Origin: Longimicrobiales bacterium
Lineage (GTDB): Bacteria > Gemmatimonadota > Gemmatimonadetes > Longimicrobiales > Gaopeijiaceae
Assembly (NCBI GenBank): GCA_965249725.1
Contig: OZ252251.1
Location: 576,001-640,000, forward strand
Direction of reading: 5' to 3'
DNA: 64,000 nt
In this document: positions 9,185-18,396 of the stretch, one piece after another
How the letters are laid out: the number at the start of each line of letters is the position of its first letter
How positions within the stretch are numbered: the first letter of the stretch is position 1
Translations under genes and position numbers: made by a program
The notes under the pieces: model-generated
Databases searched by the model: none
Seen by the model: the letters and a program-made list of their open reading frames with translations, nothing else
What the model was told of the DNA's origin: nothing

Positions 9185-10273
9185 TTACGGGTCGAGAGGC
9201 TCGAGTAGGCGGTCGTGAAGTGCTCGTGACCGGGACTCCGTCAGCCCCGATTCCCCTTGCCGCACGAAAATCACACCAAGGTCGAGTTCGTCGGCGAGGG
9301 TCTCGCCCCGCTCGGGGCCCAGGACGGTCATGGCTGTGGCCCAGGCGTCCGCCAGGACCGCCCGCTCATGAACGACAGTGACGGCGGCCCCCATGTAGGG
9401 TAGCGGACGCCCCGTCCGGGGATCGATGATGTGGGAGTAACGGTTGCCTGAAGCGTCCCAGAAGTTGCGGTAGTCACCCGACGTGGCGACGGACTCGTCA
9501 TCCAACTCCATTGTGGCGTACAGGCTGCGGGCGTCCGGTAAAGGCGCCTCGACCCCGACCACCCAATCCACCCCGCCCGGCTTCTCGCCGGAGGCTCGCA
9601 GCTCTCCCCCCACCTCCACCATGAAGTCGCGGAAGCCCTGCTCGACCAGCACGTCGGCCAAGCCATCGACCGCGTATCCCTTTGCGATGGCGGACAGGTC
9701 GGCCACGACTTCCGGATCGCCCTTTATCAGACTCGAGTTCGCGGAGTCGATCATGATCTTCCCGAAACCCACGTGCCTAAGGAGCTCTTCGAGATGGCGG
9801 TCCTCAGGGATCGTTTCGGGGCTGCCGTCCGGACCGAAGCCCCACGCGTCGACGAGAGGCCCGACCGTGACGTCGAACGCACCATCGCTCGCAACGCTCA
9901 CCTCCTCAGCGAGCAGGAAGACCTCGAGTACACCGGGTGAGACTCGGAAGGGTTCCGTGCTCTCATGTCGGTTGAAGCGCGACAGCTCCGAGTCCGGTTC
10001 GTACGTGGACATCGCCCCGTCGACTTCAGCGAGCCATGCGTCCACGGCGAGCTGGACATTCCAATACCGATCCGCCGTCAGGTCGCGTGCCACGAATTTG
10101 ACGGAGTAGAGAGTCCCCATCGTCGTACCGCTCAGCTCTTGCACGATCCATTGGCCTTGTGTGCGTCGTCCGAGCACAACCGCCGTGGCAATGATCAACG
10201 CCAACAGCGCGAGGGATGCTCGGTTCCTGGAGCGTACGGGTGGGCCGCCGACGTGTGGCGTCTCAGGATTCAT
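9185..10273 (-). CDS. apbE: FAD:protein FMN transferase
   Basis: TMGT, GAFDVTVGPLVDAWGFG, DLSAIAKGYAVD, ATSGDYRN, HIIDPRTG, ADAWATA. Start codon uncertain. Confidence 0.93.
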   Translation of the reverse strand: MNPETPHVGGPPVRSRNRASLALLALIIATAVVLGRRTQGQWIVQELSGTTMGTLYSVKFVARDLTADRYWNVQLAVDAWLAEVDGAMSTYEPDSELSRFNRHESTEPFRVSPGVLEVFLLAEEVSVASDGAFDVTVGPLVDAWGFGPDGSPETIPEDRHLEELLRHVGFGKIMIDSANSSLIKGDPEVVADLSAIAKGYAVDGLADVLVEQGFRDFMVEVGGELRASGEKPGGVDWVVGVEAPLPDARSLYATMELDDESVATSGDYRNFWDASGNRYSHIIDPRTGRPLPYMGAAVTVVHERAVLADAWATAMTVLGPERGETLADELDLGVIFVRQGESGLTESRSRALHDRLLEPLDP

Positions 10274-10358
10274 GAAGTAAGCATGGTGGGCCGGTGACGC
10301 ATGATCAACTTCCGGGGACTGGACCCGCCGCCGCCGATATCGTTTAGATTCTTCCCCT

Positions 10359-12335
10359 ATGATCTCCGTATCCAATCTCGAGAAGTCGTTCGGCGACCGG
10401 ATTCTGTTCGCGCGCGCGTCGTTTCAGCTCAATCCCGGGGAGTCTTACGGGCTGGTGGGCGCCAACGGCTCGGGCAAGTCCACGCTCCTCAACATCCTGA
10501 CCGGCGACCTGGAAGCGACCGACGGAACGATCTCGATTCCCAAGCGTGCCCGGCTAGGGGTTCTGCGTCAGGACCAGTTCCTGTACGAGGAGCAGGAGAT
10601 TCTCGGGGTGGCATTGATGGGCAATCCCGAGCTTTGGGATGCGATGGTCGAGAAGGAGGCTCTGTTGGCCAAGGCCGAGGAGCACTTCGACGCGGATCGC
10701 TTCTCCGAGCTCGAGGAGATCGTTCAGTTGCACGACGGATACACGGCGGAGGCACGAGCCGCCACGATCCTTGAGGGACTGGGTCTGCCCGCACACGTGC
10801 ATCGCCAGCCGCTATCGACCCTATCCGGCGGCTTCAAGCTCCGTGTCCTGTTGGCCCAGGTGCTGGCCAGCGCCCCCGACGCCCTTCTTCTCGACGAGCC
10901 CACGAACCACCTCGACATCCTCTCGATTCGGTGGCTCGAGATGTTCCTTCGCGACTTCTCCGGGCCGTTGGTCGTCATCTCCCATGACCATCGGTTCTTG
11001 GACAACATCTCGACCCACATCCTCGATGTGGACTACGAGACCGTGACGCTCTACCACGGGAACTACAACGCCTTTTTGCAGGCGAAGCAGTCGGAGAGGG
11101 AGCGTCGAGGCAAAGACATCGCGGCTCGGGAGCGAGAGATCGCTCATCACCAGAAGTTCGTAGACAAGTTCCGGGCCAAGGCGAGCAAGGCACGTCAGGC
11201 GCAAAGCAGGGTCCGCATGATCGAGAAGAAGGCGGACGCCCTCGACGAGTTGCCGCAGAGCTCTCGGCGCTACCCCACCTTCCGATTCGAGCAGGTACGC
11301 GACAGCGGGAGGGACGTCATTCAGATCAAAGGCGTCAAGAAGGCGTTCGGCGACAACGAAGTATTGCACGGCGTCGACCTCGTCGTGAACCGAGGCGATC
11401 GGTTGGCCATCATGGGGCCCAACGGCATCGGGAAGTCCACCCTCTTGAAGATCGTCGTGGGTGATCTCGAGGCCGATGGCGGTGAGGTGGTCTGGGGCTA
11501 TGAGACCCACCCCGGATACTTCGCACAGGATCACCACGAGCAGTTCGAGTCCCCGACTCGCACGGCGGAGGAGTGGGTGTGGGATTTCTGCCCCGACAAG
11601 GATATCGGCTACGTTCGGGCCCGCATGGGCATGATGCTCTTCTCGGGCGATGACGGGAAGAAGCGCCTGAGCGCTCTCTCGGGTGGAGAGGCGGCACGTC
11701 TGGTTTTCAGCCGCCTCGCGATCGAGCGGCCGAACGTGCTCGTGTTGGACGAGCCGACGAACCACCTGGATCTCGAGTCTATCGAGGCGCTCGTGGAGGG
11801 CCTCAGGGACTTCGAGGGAACGCTGCTGCTGGTATCACACGACCGCTGGTTCGTGAGCCAGCTCGCGACACGCGTGGTCGAAGTGAAGCCCGATGACATC
11901 GTCGACTATCTGGGCACCTATGAGGAATACGTGCACTTCTGCGGTGACGATCACCTCGATGCCGACCGCGTCATACTCAAGGCCAAGCGCGAGAAGAATA
12001 AGGGGCAAGCCGACGACTCGTCGACGGCGGGAAAGGCCCGTCGGAAGTCGAGGACGGCGGGGGATCGCGCGAAGCGCGAGACGGGTGGAGGGAACAACAA
12101 GGCCGACCTCGGCCGGTTGCAGAAGACACTCGACGGCCTGATGGAACGTATCGACGCCGCGGAAGCTCGGGTTCGCGCGATCGACGAGATGTTCTGTGAG
12201 CCCGACTACTACGAGACTACCGCGGCCGAGGATGTGCGGGCTCTGGAAGACGAACGGTCGCGGTCGCAGGATGAGGTCGCCGGGCTCACGGCTCAGTGGG
12301 AACAGACCGAGGAGAAGATGAGTTCGCTGCGTTGA
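10359..12335 (+). CDS. ABC-F family ATPase (Uup/YbiT/YheS-like) with C-terminal coiled coil
   Basis: Two NBDs (GANGSGKS/LSGG/DEPTNHLD and GPNGIGKS/LSGGE/DEPTNHLD), interdomain linker, no TM segments. Confidence 0.93.
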   Translation: MISVSNLEKSFGDRILFARASFQLNPGESYGLVGANGSGKSTLLNILTGDLEATDGTISIPKRARLGVLRQDQFLYEEQEILGVALMGNPELWDAMVEKEALLAKAEEHFDADRFSELEEIVQLHDGYTAEARAATILEGLGLPAHVHRQPLSTLSGGFKLRVLLAQVLASAPDALLLDEPTNHLDILSIRWLEMFLRDFSGPLVVISHDHRFLDNISTHILDVDYETVTLYHGNYNAFLQAKQSERERRGKDIAAREREIAHHQKFVDKFRAKASKARQAQSRVRMIEKKADALDELPQSSRRYPTFRFEQVRDSGRDVIQIKGVKKAFGDNEVLHGVDLVVNRGDRLAIMGPNGIGKSTLLKIVVGDLEADGGEVVWGYETHPGYFAQDHHEQFESPTRTAEEWVWDFCPDKDIGYVRARMGMMLFSGDDGKKRLSALSGGEAARLVFSRLAIERPNVLVLDEPTNHLDLESIEALVEGLRDFEGTLLLVSHDRWFVSQLATRVVEVKPDDIVDYLGTYEEYVHFCGDDHLDADRVILKAKREKNKGQADDSSTAGKARRKSRTAGDRAKRETGGGNNKADLGRLQKTLDGLMERIDAAEARVRAIDEMFCEPDYYETTAAEDVRALEDERSRSQDEVAGLTAQWEQTEEKMSSLR

Positions 12336-12471
12336 CTCCCCCAATCCACCTCGCGTAACCCCCGGCGCCAAGCCGACGTAAAATCTGCGGTCGAGAGGGA
12401 TTGTGCGTTATCGACGCCGACCCTCTATTCTCCGTCATTCGATGGTCCCTTGTTGAGGAGGTACGAACGCA

Positions 12472-12888
12472 ATGAGGCGAAGACGCCCGACGCGACTCTC
12501 GGCGCCAGTCATCATTGTTGGCGTTCTTCTTTCCGTATCCTGCGGAGTCGACACCGAGTCGAACGCCTTCAACGGCCCTAGCGGTCCGTCGAACGGATGT
12601 ACGGGTTGTCAGGACGTGATCGCGGTACGAGTGAACCCTCCGAGCGCGACCATTCTCGTCAACGAGACGCTCCAGCTCGTCGGTGAGGCCGTCAACTCCC
12701 AGGGTCAGGTGCTGACCGGACGGACCATCGCGTGGCTGTCTTCCGACGAGGACGTCGCCAAGATGGCGTCCGATGGTATCCTGACCGGCCTCGCCATCGG
12801 TTCCGTCACCATCACGGGTTCGACGGGTGGAGTATCTGGTACCGCCGCCATCACCGTGAACGCTGCCGGGGCTCCCGCAGGGAATTGA
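12472..12888 (+). CDS. Lipoprotein with a bacterial Ig-like (Big_2) domain
   Basis: Lipobox LSVSC; WLSSDEDVAKMASDGILTGLAIGSVTIT; RBS GAGGAGG. Confidence 0.75.
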   Translation: MRRRRPTRLSAPVIIVGVLLSVSCGVDTESNAFNGPSGPSNGCTGCQDVIAVRVNPPSATILVNETLQLVGEAVNSQGQVLTGRTIAWLSSDEDVAKMASDGILTGLAIGSVTITGSTGGVSGTAAITVNAAGAPAGN

Positions 12889-13439
12889 TCCGAGAAACCT
12901 GGCCCTGGTGGGTTGGCGGACCTCTGATCGGGCTTGTGGTCCCGATCGTCTACCTGTACGGCGCGAAGAAATGGGGCGTGTCGTCGACCCTGCGTCACAT
13001 GTGCGCCGCCACGGTGCCCGCCGGGCTCGAGTACTTCCGGTACGACTGGCGCTCCCGGGGCGGCTGGCAGCTCCTGATGGCTCTGGGGATGGTAATTGGC
13101 GCGGTGATCGCGACTGCCTTCCTAGCGTCCCCCGATCCGGTCCTGCCCATTTCCGAGCGTACGTGGGTGGCACTCGCGGAGTTGGGTCTGGAGGATCGCG
13201 AAGGCCTGGTACCGTCTTCGATCTTCTCCTGGAGCGGGCTGGCGACGGTCCCGGGCTTCGTCCTCATCGTGGCAGGGGGATTCCTGGTCGGGTTCGGAGC
13301 GCGGTATGCCAACGGTTGCACGTCAGGGCACGCCATCTCGGGACTGTCGAACCTCCAACGATCGTCTCTCGTGGCGGTCATCGGCTTCTTCGTGGGTGGG
13401 CTCATCGTGACCCACTTTCTCCTCCCACTGATTCTCTGA
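12885..13439 (+). CDS. YeeE/YedE thiosulfate/sulfur-compound transporter half
   Basis: WPWWVGGPLIG, GVSSTLRHMC, GFLVGFGARYANGCTSGHAISG; probable TTG start. Confidence 0.88.
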   Translation: MIRETWPWWVGGPLIGLVVPIVYLYGAKKWGVSSTLRHMCAATVPAGLEYFRYDWRSRGGWQLLMALGMVIGAVIATAFLASPDPVLPISERTWVALAELGLEDREGLVPSSIFSWSGLATVPGFVLIVAGGFLVGFGARYANGCTSGHAISGLSNLQRSSLVAVIGFFVGGLIVTHFLLPLIL

Positions 13440-13442
13440 CCT

Positions 13443-13892
13443 GTGCAAGAAGAGACTCTCAGTAGATCCGAGCCCGTAGGGCCCTACCTCCTCTTGGGCG
13501 TTTACCTCGGGATCGTGTTCGTGAAGACCGAAGTAGTCTCCTGGTTCAGGATCCAGGAGATGTTTCGCTTCCACTCGTTCCACATGTACGGGATCATCGG
13601 GGGTGCGGTGGCCGTTGGCGCGATCGGAATCTTCTTGATCAAGAAGACCCAGGTGCGCACGCTGACGGGACGACCGATCGTGTTTCCCACCCCCGCCGAC
13701 AGCCGGCCGGGGCCGCAGCATTGGATCGGGGGTACGCTCTTCGGGCTGGGTTGGGGGCTGCTCGGTGCCTGCCCGGGCCCGATCTACGCTCTGATCGGAG
13801 CCGGCGTGTGGGTTATGCTGGTCGGGCTCCTCGCGGCACTTACCGGCGCGTGGGTCTATGGCCTGCTACGTCCCAGGCTGCCTCACAGCTAG
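13443..13892 (+). CDS. YeeE/YedE family second half
   Basis: SWFRIQEMFRF, GGTLFGLGWGLLGACPGP. Confidence 0.88.
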   Translation: MQEETLSRSEPVGPYLLLGVYLGIVFVKTEVVSWFRIQEMFRFHSFHMYGIIGGAVAVGAIGIFLIKKTQVRTLTGRPIVFPTPADSRPGPQHWIGGTLFGLGWGLLGACPGPIYALIGAGVWVMLVGLLAALTGAWVYGLLRPRLPHS

Positions 13893-13946
13893 GACCTGCC
13901 CCGCCAGTTGGGAACAGACTCCGCCAGCTAGGGCCTCCCGCGCGAG

Positions 13947-15323
13947 CTATCGCGGGATGCTCACCAGCGCGGCTCCGTCCTTCGCCTCTACCGTCGTCCC
14001 GAAGTGAGCGGAGCGGTCGATCACATCCTGCACGATCTTCCGCCCCAGCTCGCCAGTAGCCGGTAGCGGTCGTCCCCGTACCGACGGTGGCTCGCCGAAG
14101 CCGAGTGTGACCGGGAGCAGGCGTAGCTCAACGAGCTCGCCTCCGCGGAAGGACGGTACGGCGATCGCTCCCTCCCAGATCTCGGGATCCGCCGGGAAGC
14201 TCCGGGTGTCACCTGCATAGCGCTCGTAGTTGAAGGCGCTGACGCCGGCTGTCGGATCCAAGTCGTACCGGGCGAAGTTCTCCGCCGGAAGGCGCAGTAA
14301 CGTCTCGTTCTGGAAGACGAAATCCCCGAGACTGTAGAGGATCGGCTTCCCGTTGTAGATCTCCACACCTCTGAGCACATGGGGCCCGTGCCCCACCATA
14401 ACGTCTGCGCCGGCGTCGATGACGGCGTGGGCGAACTCGATGATGAAATCGGCAGGGATCGTCCGGTGCGCCCCTCCTTCATGAGCGTGGATCGACACTA
14501 CGACGTAGTCGGCCAGCATCTTCGCGTTCCGGACCACCGAGGTGATCGCCGCAACGTCATCGGGATCGGGCGCGGTGTGGATGCCGGTGTCGCTCCCGAC
14601 CTCGAAGCGGTTTCCGAAGACGGTGAATCCGCTACCGCCCTCGGGTACACCGACCCCGACCCCGTCGACCCCCTCTCGCAGGCTCTCGAGTTGGTCACGG
14701 GTCACCACCCGCCAGCGCTCGTGCCGTAAGGGATTGAGTCCGGGACGACCCACCGTGGCCGCTCCCGGCAGGCCCGCGACCGAATGGGCCGTGAAGGTGG
14801 AAGCCAAAGAGATGAGTGCGACGCGACCGTCGGCCGTCTCGAGGAACTTCGCTTCCCGGGCTTCGTTGAGATCCTCGCCTGAGCCGGCGCCCACCAGCCC
14901 GGCCGCTCGTGCATACTGGCGAGTGAGCTGTCCCCCGAGTGGGCCGTAGTCGCCGGTGTGGTTGTTGGCGAACGACACCATGTCGAATCCGGCCCACACC
15001 AGCTCGTCGGCCATCTCCGGGGCGGCGCGCATCCAAGTGCCGCCACTCTGGTAGGCCGGGTAGGGCTCGTAGTCGTGGAGCAGCACCTCGAGGTTGGTGA
15101 AGGCCATGTCGGCGCTTCTCAGGAGGTCGATCATCTCCAGGTAGGACGGCTCTACGTAGGGCGAGAGGGCCCGGGTGATGATGGCGTCACCGGTCAGGGT
15201 CATGGTCATGACCCCGTCGCCGGGAGCCGCCGGATCGGGCACTCCGGATTGGGCGAGGGCTCCTGCAGGTGCCAAGAACGTGAGGGATAAGGCGAATAGT
15301 GCGGATGGAGCGTTCATGGTCAC
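13947..15323 (-). CDS. CapA (PGA_cap) family secreted metallophosphoesterase-fold protein
   Basis: TGD, NLE, SFANNHTGDYG, SIHAHE, GHGPHVLRG, YSLGDF; signal peptide. Confidence 0.88.
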   Translation of the reverse strand: MTMNAPSALFALSLTFLAPAGALAQSGVPDPAAPGDGVMTMTLTGDAIITRALSPYVEPSYLEMIDLLRSADMAFTNLEVLLHDYEPYPAYQSGGTWMRAAPEMADELVWAGFDMVSFANNHTGDYGPLGGQLTRQYARAAGLVGAGSGEDLNEAREAKFLETADGRVALISLASTFTAHSVAGLPGAATVGRPGLNPLRHERWRVVTRDQLESLREGVDGVGVGVPEGGSGFTVFGNRFEVGSDTGIHTAPDPDDVAAITSVVRNAKMLADYVVVSIHAHEGGAHRTIPADFIIEFAHAVIDAGADVMVGHGPHVLRGVEIYNGKPILYSLGDFVFQNETLLRLPAENFARYDLDPTAGVSAFNYERYAGDTRSFPADPEIWEGAIAVPSFRGGELVELRLLPVTLGFGEPPSVRGRPLPATGELGRKIVQDVIDRSAHFGTTVEAKDGAALVSIPR

Positions 15324-15548
15324 CTCAGTACATGGAGTGTGAGCCGCTGAGACCGACGAGGAGCGTGAGGCCCATTAGATATGGGCAGATGGCGAGCAGG
15401 CGATCGTGCATGCAGGGATTCCTCTACGGGTTCCGGGTTCGCCGACGCTAGGCCGCGCTGTCGGCGTTCGCAAGCCGGAGTCGGCGGTCGGGGAGAAGCG
15501 TCGGCGAGGGGCGTCGGCGAAGGGCCCGCCGAGGCGCCACAGGTCGCC

Positions 15549-16850
15549 TCAATGTCCCGTCACGATGCGGACCCCTTCCGCGCTGGCGGCATATCCGAAC
15601 TGGTCTCTGATCTGGCCCGTCGGATCGACGAGGATGATCGTGTCACCCGCGTTGTTCAAGTTGAGCGCCTGTCCACGCCTCTGGGTCGTTGCGGTTCCCC
15701 CTGCTTGGAGGATACCCATATCCGTGAGGGGCCACCGGCGTAGCGCCTCATCGTGTAGGTACCACTCGGCGAGATCGACCGCACCCGGGCCATCGTTCCG
15801 AACGGTGACCTCCTCCAATTCGCGATCCGCCCCGACAGGATTGGGAAGCAGGCTCTCGATCACGATCACGGCGTCAGGAGCCGTCCGGTCCTTGATGTCG
15901 AAGACGTGCTCCTGGGTGCCGTAGCGCACGGTGTACCGGCCCACGCCCCCGTCCACAGTGATGCGGATCGTCCCCTCCGACCCGGCGGGATCGAGGTCGG
16001 CGATGAACGGGTCCGCCACGTTGCCTCCGAGCCCACCCTTCGTGTAGCGGTTGGTCTGGAACACATCAGGGGGCTCCGGTAGAGCCGCGAGGGCCTCGAG
16101 GGTGACCCGACGTGGGTGGCGATAGTCGGCTCGGTCTCCATTGGAGATGATGACCGCGGTTGGTGAGAGGTCCTGGATGAAGGCCGCCGAAGTACTCGAA
16201 TGGGATCCGTGGTGGTTGGCCTGATAGACGTCCACGTTCGTGACCGCGTCGAGAGTGGCGATCTTCTCTTCCGTGAAGGACTCGATGTCTCCTCCGACGA
16301 AGAGCCGGAAGCCCTCCCACTCGATGAGGAGAGCTACGCTCATGTCGTTCTCGTCGCGTCCTGGTTGGGCGTTCTGCTCACCCATGACGACCCCGCCAGA
16401 GGCGATGCAGGTCACCATGACGGTTCCCAGCGTGAAGGACTCTCCGCGCTGCAGGTGTTGGGCGCGGTGTCCGATGGCCGTGTCGTACTCGACGTAACGT
16501 AGGCCTGTCGTCTTGCTGGCCGGAAGGAAGCCCTTGTCGCCTCGGTCGTACGCGTTGAGGATCGGAATCGCAGGTGAGGAGGTCAGCTCGTCGATCCCTC
16601 CGTAGTGGTCGGAGTGGTAGTGGGTGGTCACGAAGTGGTCGATTCTCTCGACCTCGGCTTCCGCCAGTACCTGTCGGATCGTTTGGCCGCGGCCGTTGTC
16701 GCCGGCATCGATCAGCAGACTCTCACCCGTCGGCGAGACGACTAGCGTGGCATCCCCTTGGTCCACGTCGATGTGGTAGATCTCCAGCTGTTGGCCGGAA
16801 AGAGGCGTTCCGAGGAGGCTCGCCACCAGGGTAACGACAGCAAGCCGCAT
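15549..16850 (-). CDS. Secreted ComEC/Rec2-type metallo-beta-lactamase with a C-terminal lamin-tail domain (putative nuclease)
   Basis: IDVDQGDA, THYHSDH, ENDMS, GGD, HHGS, HP. C-terminal PNPVG...LNNAGDTIIL is LTD-like. ATG at 16850 follows GGAG. Confidence 0.85.
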   Translation of the reverse strand: MRLAVVTLVASLLGTPLSGQQLEIYHIDVDQGDATLVVSPTGESLLIDAGDNGRGQTIRQVLAEAEVERIDHFVTTHYHSDHYGGIDELTSSPAIPILNAYDRGDKGFLPASKTTGLRYVEYDTAIGHRAQHLQRGESFTLGTVMVTCIASGGVVMGEQNAQPGRDENDMSVALLIEWEGFRLFVGGDIESFTEEKIATLDAVTNVDVYQANHHGSHSSTSAAFIQDLSPTAVIISNGDRADYRHPRRVTLEALAALPEPPDVFQTNRYTKGGLGGNVADPFIADLDPAGSEGTIRITVDGGVGRYTVRYGTQEHVFDIKDRTAPDAVIVIESLLPNPVGADRELEEVTVRNDGPGAVDLAEWYLHDEALRRWPLTDMGILQAGGTATTQRRGQALNLNNAGDTIILVDPTGQIRDQFGYAASAEGVRIVTGH

Positions 16851-16903
16851 TGCGGTCTCCAGAGAAGGAACCACGGGGGGCGTGCGGTGCTCCAGTGGAC
16901 GTG

Positions 16904-17311
16904 CTAGAGGAACACCGCGATGAAGAGTGCGGCCAGGATGCCACCCGCACCGACGGTCAGCAGGATGGTCACCAAAATGACGACGAAAGTGAGCAGGTTG
17001 TTCAAGCTCCCGAGCGCCGACATGAGATGGGAGATGTCGCTTCCTTCGGTGGTCACGATGCGTCGCAGCGATCGAGCGACGCCGAAGGTCAGGACCCCGG
17101 TGACCGTGTAGAGGAGCGTGACGAGTGCCGTATATCCGCCGCCTCCGAGTATGGCGGGGATGCCGAGCAGCGCGAGGATGACGAGCAGAACCGCCAGATA
17201 CCGCATCCGATTGGACAGCCCCTTGAAGAGGTCGTCGTCCTCGGGGCTGCACTCGTAGCCCCCTCCGGTGGCAGGAGTGCCGGCGGCCTCCATGCTGGTA
17301 ACGTCCTCCAT
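16904..17311 (-). CDS. Small membrane hypothetical protein (about 3 TM)
   Basis: Hydrophobic helices; RBS GAGG before ATG at 17311. Confidence 0.65.
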   Translation of the reverse strand: MEDVTSMEAAGTPATGGGYECSPEDDDLFKGLSNRMRYLAVLLVILALLGIPAILGGGGYTALVTLLYTVTGVLTFGVARSLRRIVTTEGSDISHLMSALGSLNNLLTFVVILVTILLTVGAGGILAALFIAVFL

Positions 17312-17388
17312 CGCGGTCCTCAGGTGTAATGAATCCTTCCACATTGAAGCGGAGGCTCCCGCGAATCAAGCCCCGACCCGATGTAGGG

Positions 17389-18396
17389 TCAGCCCGACAG
17401 CCAGCGCATGACGTTGAGGAGGAAGCGGGCGTTGTGTCGCGCCTCCGGGGCGTTCATCCCGAATGGGATGGGGCCGGTCTCCCACTCCTGGATTTGGGCG
17501 GAGAAGGCTGCCGCCTCACCGAAGAAGGCGACCCGGCCTTCGCCGTGCTCGACCAGGGCGCCTTGTAGCAGCCCTGCTCCCGGGATCCGAGGTGCGTCCT
17601 GATCGAAGTCCCACGCCCGCGTGGGGAGAAGCACGTACGAATCATCGGCGAGCAGGAAGAGCGGGTGCGCGATGACCTCGGGCAGAATACGGAACGCCTG
17701 TCCGGTAAACGTCACTACGAAGGGAATCTCTCCTCCCCCCTCATCGCGGGTGACGACGTGATCCGCGAGCTGTCCCGATTCCTTCGAGAAGACCATCGTA
17801 TGCGTGCTGTCGGCGTTGAACGCGTACCCGTCGTGGAAGACCACGCCGAACGCCAACGCGAGGTTCTCGGCAGCTCCCGGCATGGGCATGTGGTCTGCGA
17901 TCAGCATCAGCCGGCCGCCTCTCCGGATCCACGCTTCCGCGGCTTCGACCTCGTCTGCCGTGAAGGCAGCGGGGGTAGGCAGGCTCCACTCCTCTTCCTT
18001 TTCCTCTGCGAGCGCGTTCGAGATTACCAAGACGTCGAGCGTATTGAGCGCGTCGACGGAAAAGACCGACGTGGAGGCACCGACGCTGTACCCGTCTGCC
18101 CGGAGCACCTCCGCGAAGGAGCGATAACGCCCGTCGACTCTGTGGTAGTTGTGATGGGCCTCGTCGATCCCCACCACCGGGCCCAGGCCCGTCTCGTACG
18201 TGGGCTCACCTGCATCGGGCACGGTGAAGCTCGTGTCCTGATACTGCACCGTGCCGTCCGTCCGGTCGTCAGCAGTACAGCCGCTCAGGATCAACACCCC
18301 GGACAACTGAAGCCCTGTTGCGCACCAGCGTATGGGCAGAAGGGGTGACGGCCGGCGGCCGTCACCCCTGTTGCTGTGCGGCCTGCGTGACGTCAC
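17389..18396 (-). CDS. Class I glutamine amidotransferase-like (DUF4350-like) lipoprotein
   Basis: IDEAHHNYH, DVLVISNA, GGRLMLIADHMP, GRVAFFGEAA, NARFLLNVMRWL; lipobox LSGC. Start uncertain. Confidence 0.7.
   Translation of the reverse strand: MTSRRPHSNRGDGRRPSPLLPIRWCATGLQLSGVLILSGCTADDRTDGTVQYQDTSFTVPDAGEPTYETGLGPVVGIDEAHHNYHRVDGRYRSFAEVLRADGYSVGASTSVFSVDALNTLDVLVISNALAEEKEEEWSLPTPAAFTADEVEAAEAWIRRGGRLMLIADHMPMPGAAENLALAFGVVFHDGYAFNADSTHTMVFSKESGQLADHVVTRDEGGGEIPFVVTFTGQAFRILPEVIAHPLFLLADDSYVLLPTRAWDFDQDAPRIPGAGLLQGALVEHGEGRVAFFGEAAAFSAQIQEWETGPIPFGMNAPEARHNARFLLNVMRWLSG
18341..18369. repeat. Perfect 13-bp inverted repeat
   Basis: AGGGGTGACGGCC-ggc-GGCCGTCACCCCT, about 25 bp downstream of the amidase stop. 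Confidence 0.8.

Noticed and set aside
10359..12335. Antibiotic-resistance ABC-F
   Set aside because: There is no evident leader peptide or resistance context; it resembles housekeeping Uup/YbiT-type proteins.
13947..15323. Poly-gamma-glutamate capsule locus
   Set aside because: capB and capC are absent, and stand-alone CapA-domain proteins are widespread.
16851..17369. N-terminal extension of the 606-aa ORF 15549-17369
   Set aside because: It overlaps a better membrane-protein gene in another frame, and the signal peptide and RBS point to ATG 16850.
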